Shown here piece by piece: positions 46,473 through 49,447 of a DNA stretch of 49,447 nucleotides. Within the stretch, counting starts at the first letter, position 1. Each line of letters opens with the position of its first letter. The notes beneath the pieces were generated by a model. The model worked only from the letters and a program-made list of their open reading frames with translations, was not told the origin of the DNA and ran no database searches. The DNA is from Desulfobacterales bacterium (lineage in GTDB: Bacteria; Desulfobacterota; Desulfobacteria; Desulfobacterales; UBA11574): assembly GCA_041548585.1 (NCBI GenBank), contig JBFESJ010000002.1, forward strand, positions 1 through 49,447, given 5' to 3'. Position numbers and translations under genes: made by a program.

Positions 46473-47009
46473 TTATTGGTTTTTTGGCCAAAAACGTTTA
46501 GTGAAATAGTATTTTGTCAAGTACAACTTTACCAATTCGTCCCGATTTTTAAGCGTCACCATTATCAAAAGAACGTCCGGCCGTCCTTTTATTGTTTGAA
46601 TAAATCGGTCTCCTTTCATTGAAATCGATCCGATTACCGGGTGATCCGAATCGAGAACCGTTTCAAGGGTTTTTTTGAAAAGATCTGAAAAACATTCCAT
46701 TTTGCCGATCTCATCGATCACCACCAGTTGGCCGGGTGTTTTGGGTATCATGGAAGGAACTGCTATTCGGTCAATATCCGTCAGATTGACACCATATTTA
46801 CCGACCCGACACCGGCTCTTGATGCGCTGATGTGCAAGAACCCCTTCCTTTTGGCCCAGCGTATTGATGGAAAATCCCACCCGACGGCCCTTTTCCAGTA
46901 TTTCTCTGGTAAAAAAGCCGGTTCCAGGGGGATCGATTTTTTGAACGATCTTTTCGATGATGGTCGATTTACCGCATCTTGGAGGGCCCGTGAAGAGAAT
47001 GTTATTCAT
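46473..47009 (-). CDS. THEP1/NTPCR-type nucleoside triphosphatase
   Basis: 178 aa. Walker A GPPRCGKST, GFFTREI, RVGKYGV, Walker B LVVIDEIGKME. Confidence 0.75.
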   Translation of the reverse strand: MNNILFTGPPRCGKSTIIEKIVQKIDPPGTGFFTREILEKGRRVGFSINTLGQKEGVLAHQRIKSRCRVGKYGVNLTDIDRIAVPSMIPKTPGQLVVIDEIGKMECFSDLFKKTLETVLDSDHPVIGSISMKGDRFIQTIKGRPDVLLIMVTLKNRDELVKLYLTKYYFTKRFWPKNQ

Positions 47010-47061
47010 TGTTGTGTTATTATTACCTGAATTCAGGTATTATCTTCATTAAGCTTTTCAC

Positions 47062-47724
47062 TCAATGAAGATAAACTTTGTCTTTCAGTAGTTCGGCAAA
47101 TCGGTGTTTATACGGTTTAAACTTACTCAAAAAATGGGTACATTCATCACAAAATTTATGACCCCTCCCATCAATAATTGCTCGAACATACCCCAAGTAT
47201 CCAAATTTGTTGAATTCTCCTCTGCTCATGGGGCACAGAGATCCGTCAGGGGCCAGCTTGTAGGATGCATGGTCGGTTAACCCGAAATTATGGCCCACTT
47301 CATGTAAAGACACCTTTATGGTTCTGTCGACATACAAATCATAATCGGCTTCGGTCGTGATGTTCGACGGACTTAGCCGTTTGGTAGAAACAACCGCAAC
47401 ATTATTCATGGCGTTTTTGCCGCCAAAAATGGTATTATAAAATTCATCTTTATCTTGGATCGTTAAATCCGCATCGGTGATTCCCAAAATATGTCCGCCA
47501 AATAATTCATGAAGTACCATTGTCAGCAAAAGCGCATCAATACTGTCAACAGAAGGTGCTTCATGATGGAATATCTTAAATTCATCGATCATTCCTCTAA
47601 AAGATTCCAAAATATTTTCACCAACCTCTTTGAGACTGCTGTATGTAATACACTCGCCGATACGAACAATATTTATTTTTGATATATTTTCAAACAATGG
47701 ACCCAACCCCAAAAGTTTATTCAT
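47062..47724 (-). CDS. Archaemetzincin-like zinc metalloprotease (M54-like)
   Basis: HEVGHNFGLTDH...CPM...(25 aa)...CDEC against the archaemetzincin pattern HExxHxxGx3Cx4CxMx17CxxC. The first Cys is replaced by His and the spacing is longer. Confidence 0.6.
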   Translation of the reverse strand: MNKLLGLGPLFENISKINIVRIGECITYSSLKEVGENILESFRGMIDEFKIFHHEAPSVDSIDALLLTMVLHELFGGHILGITDADLTIQDKDEFYNTIFGGKNAMNNVAVVSTKRLSPSNITTEADYDLYVDRTIKVSLHEVGHNFGLTDHASYKLAPDGSLCPMSRGEFNKFGYLGYVRAIIDGRGHKFCDECTHFLSKFKPYKHRFAELLKDKVYLH

Positions 47725-47898
47725 ATGGTATTTATGTTATGTATTTCAAACAATTTTTCTATAACTTTATTCTAGCATATTTTTCAAAATTGTACAAAAT
47801 CATAAAGAATCTTCTCCATGAACGTCAAGTGGACCGTTGCAGGATAGAGACGAAACGATCAGCTTGACTTTGTTTTCGCAAGATGTAAAATTATTATC

Positions 47899-48696
47899 AT
47901 GACATCCCAAGGTATCCATATTTCAGAATTGCCTGACCTAAAAGCCCCCGTTTTGATTGCTGGATTTGCCGGATGGGGAAACGCGCTGGATATTTCAAGA
48001 GGCATGGCCGTTTACTTGATCCGAAAACTCAAGGGCCAGCTGTTTGCAAGCATGAATCCGGATGTTTTTTTTCGGTATGATATCCTTCGTCCGGAAGTCG
48101 ATATCGTTGACGGGGTGTTGGTGCGCTTTACTCCGCCCAGCGGATCGGTTTACGCCGTTCGCCTTGATGCCAGCCCAAATGATCTCGTTGTCCTGGAGGC
48201 AGACGAGCCCAATCTTCAGTGGAATCGTTTTACGGAAGAGCTTTTTTCCATTTGTCGAAAGCTTGGTGTCAAAACCGTCATTACCCTCGGCAGTATGTAT
48301 GACAACGTCCTTCATTCGGACCGGATCATATCGGGTATTGCTTCAAGCGTAGATATCCTCTCCAGACTGAAACAGAAAGGCGTTATTCCCGTCTCATACC
48401 AGGGGCCCGGTGCAGTTCATTCAACGCTTCAGTTTGAAGGTGCAAAACAGGGCTTTCAATGCATCAGCCTGTGGTGCCATTGCCCATATTATCTCCAGAA
48501 TACCAAGCACTACGGCTTAATGTCTCATTTAGCCAACGTGCTTTCATTTCTGGGTGAATTCGAGCTGGACACACAAGACCTTGAAAATCGCTGGAAAGCG
48601 CTTGAGAGCCAGATCGGAACGCTGATCGAAAACAGCGGTGAACTCCAAACCATGATCGATGAAATCCGCAAAGCCAAAGTGCGCGGAACCTGGTAA
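47899..48696 (+). CDS. PAC2 (proteasome assembly chaperone 2-like) family protein
   Basis: 265 aa. N-terminal APVLIAGFAGWGNALDIS block typical of the family, with a helical C-terminal tail. Confidence 0.55.
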   Translation: MTSQGIHISELPDLKAPVLIAGFAGWGNALDISRGMAVYLIRKLKGQLFASMNPDVFFRYDILRPEVDIVDGVLVRFTPPSGSVYAVRLDASPNDLVVLEADEPNLQWNRFTEELFSICRKLGVKTVITLGSMYDNVLHSDRIISGIASSVDILSRLKQKGVIPVSYQGPGAVHSTLQFEGAKQGFQCISLWCHCPYYLQNTKHYGLMSHLANVLSFLGEFELDTQDLENRWKALESQIGTLIENSGELQTMIDEIRKAKVRGTW

Positions 48697-48747
48697 AGTT
48701 TGAAAAAATCCATTAAAAACGAAAAGGTAATCAATCTAACGAATTTT

Positions 48748-49447
48748 CTACCGCCGCGCTAATCCTTCTCCTTTGTCTGAAAACAGTCCCTGATAGAGGG
48801 CTGCGCCCAGCAGAATCAAGCCGAACCAGGCATGATTGAAACCTTCAAATTTTGTCCAGATGACTTCTTCTGCTGATGTGATGAGCAGGACCCCAAGCAG
48901 CGGTCCCAGTAAACCCCTTATCGGTACAATTCGTGAAGCCAGCAAGGCCGTGATACTGAGTGTGAGGCTGAATCCGGAGGGCGGACTCACGTAAGAGGTC
49001 CGCGCCAGGTAAAGGGCACCAGCCATGCACGCTGGAATTGCAGCGGTCATCAGGCAAAGCATCTTTACTTTACGAGTGGGAATGCCGATAGCCTCAGCCG
49101 CCTCTTCGCTGGCTTCCGTTTCTTTTGCATAGAGCCCCCAGCGGGAACGGAAAAAAAGCGCATGACACGCTGCGGTTGCCAGAAGCAAAAATGCCGCCAG
49201 AAGGTTGCAGTGGTATTTGGATATGGTTTCTGGAATATAAAGTCCGGCAGAACCTCCGGTCACGCCTTCCAGCGTTTCTAAAATCCTTTGAAAAATGATA
49301 AGGACTCCAAGGGTGGCCAAAGAATAGTAGCCATGGTTCAGTCCGGATAAAAGAAGGGTAACAACCATCGCTGCGACGGAACTCAGCAAGACGGTCAGGA
49401 TTAGTGCCGGAAAAAAAGAAAGGCCCTTTGAGATCCCGATACCAAAA
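48748..49447 (-). CDS. Branched-chain amino acid ABC transporter permease (LivM/LivH family), 5' end outside the window
   Basis: Polytopic membrane protein. The frame stays open to the window edge upstream of the track's Met. Confidence 0.6.
   Translation of the reverse strand, partial: FGIGISKGLSFFPALILTVLLSSVAAMVVTLLLSGLNHGYYSLATLGVLIIFQRILETLEGVTGGSAGLYIPETISKYHCNLLAAFLLLATAACHALFFRSRWGLYAKETEASEEAAEAIGIPTRKVKMLCLMTAAIPACMAGALYLARTSYVSPPSGFSLTLSITALLASRIVPIRGLLGPLLGVLLITSAEEVIWTKFEGFNHAWFGLILLGAALYQGLFSDKGEGLARR

Noticed and set aside
1-49447. Search for CRISPR arrays, tRNA/rRNA genes, integrases, transposases and known defence-system hallmarks
   Set aside because: No regularly spaced direct repeats, no tRNA T-loop/acceptor signatures (GGTTCGAATCC-like) in non-coding DNA, and no recombinase, nuclease-helicase or reverse-transcriptase ORFs were seen. 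The scan was by eye and is not exhaustive.

Overview
A 49.4-kb chromosomal segment with about 45 credible protein genes and no rRNA, tRNA, CRISPR array, transposase or integrase that I could find. The gene content suggests an anaerobic deltaproteobacterium, possibly a Desulfobacterales-type sulfate reducer. This is an inference from a tungsten AOR-family enzyme, a 4-hydroxybutyryl-CoA-dehydratase-like Fe-S enzyme, a 218-aa siroheme sulfite-reductase-like protein, a rubrerythrin-like diiron protein and several sigma-54-type promoters. The housekeeping and transport backbone is: aroK-aroE; a stand-alone GMP-synthase ATP-pyrophosphatase-domain protein; a cold-shock protein; an MFP/ABC/FtsX efflux operon; a secreted metallophosphoesterase with ugpBAEC and a HAD phosphatase; tesB; xth; an MFS transporter; and a livM-like gene at the 3' edge. 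Between these lie AT-rich gaps of 300-750 nt with small ORFs and repeats. Observations worth follow-up: (1) an AbfD-like gene separated by 3 nt from a Fe-S protein carrying a C-x-C-C-G-C-C-C motif, with a solo paralogue 12 kb upstream; (2) an EF-hand fused to an isochorismatase-like hydrolase; (3) a cluster of three archaeal-type families (archaemetzincin-like protease, THEP1-type NTPase, PAC2-like protein); (4) a 291-bp foldback (MITE-like) element with perfect 18-bp termini in a divergent promoter region; (5) a modular hairpin repeat family with a perfect 38-nt inverted pair 31.4 kb apart and a degenerate third copy; (6) an orphan TRAP-type binding protein and an orphan LapG/BTLCP-like protease, each behind a near-consensus sigma-54 promoter; (7) a 5'-truncated, frameshifted superoxide dismutase remnant. 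All family assignments rest on motif recognition by eye. No database search was run, and several start codons differ from the ORF track on RBS or overlap grounds.
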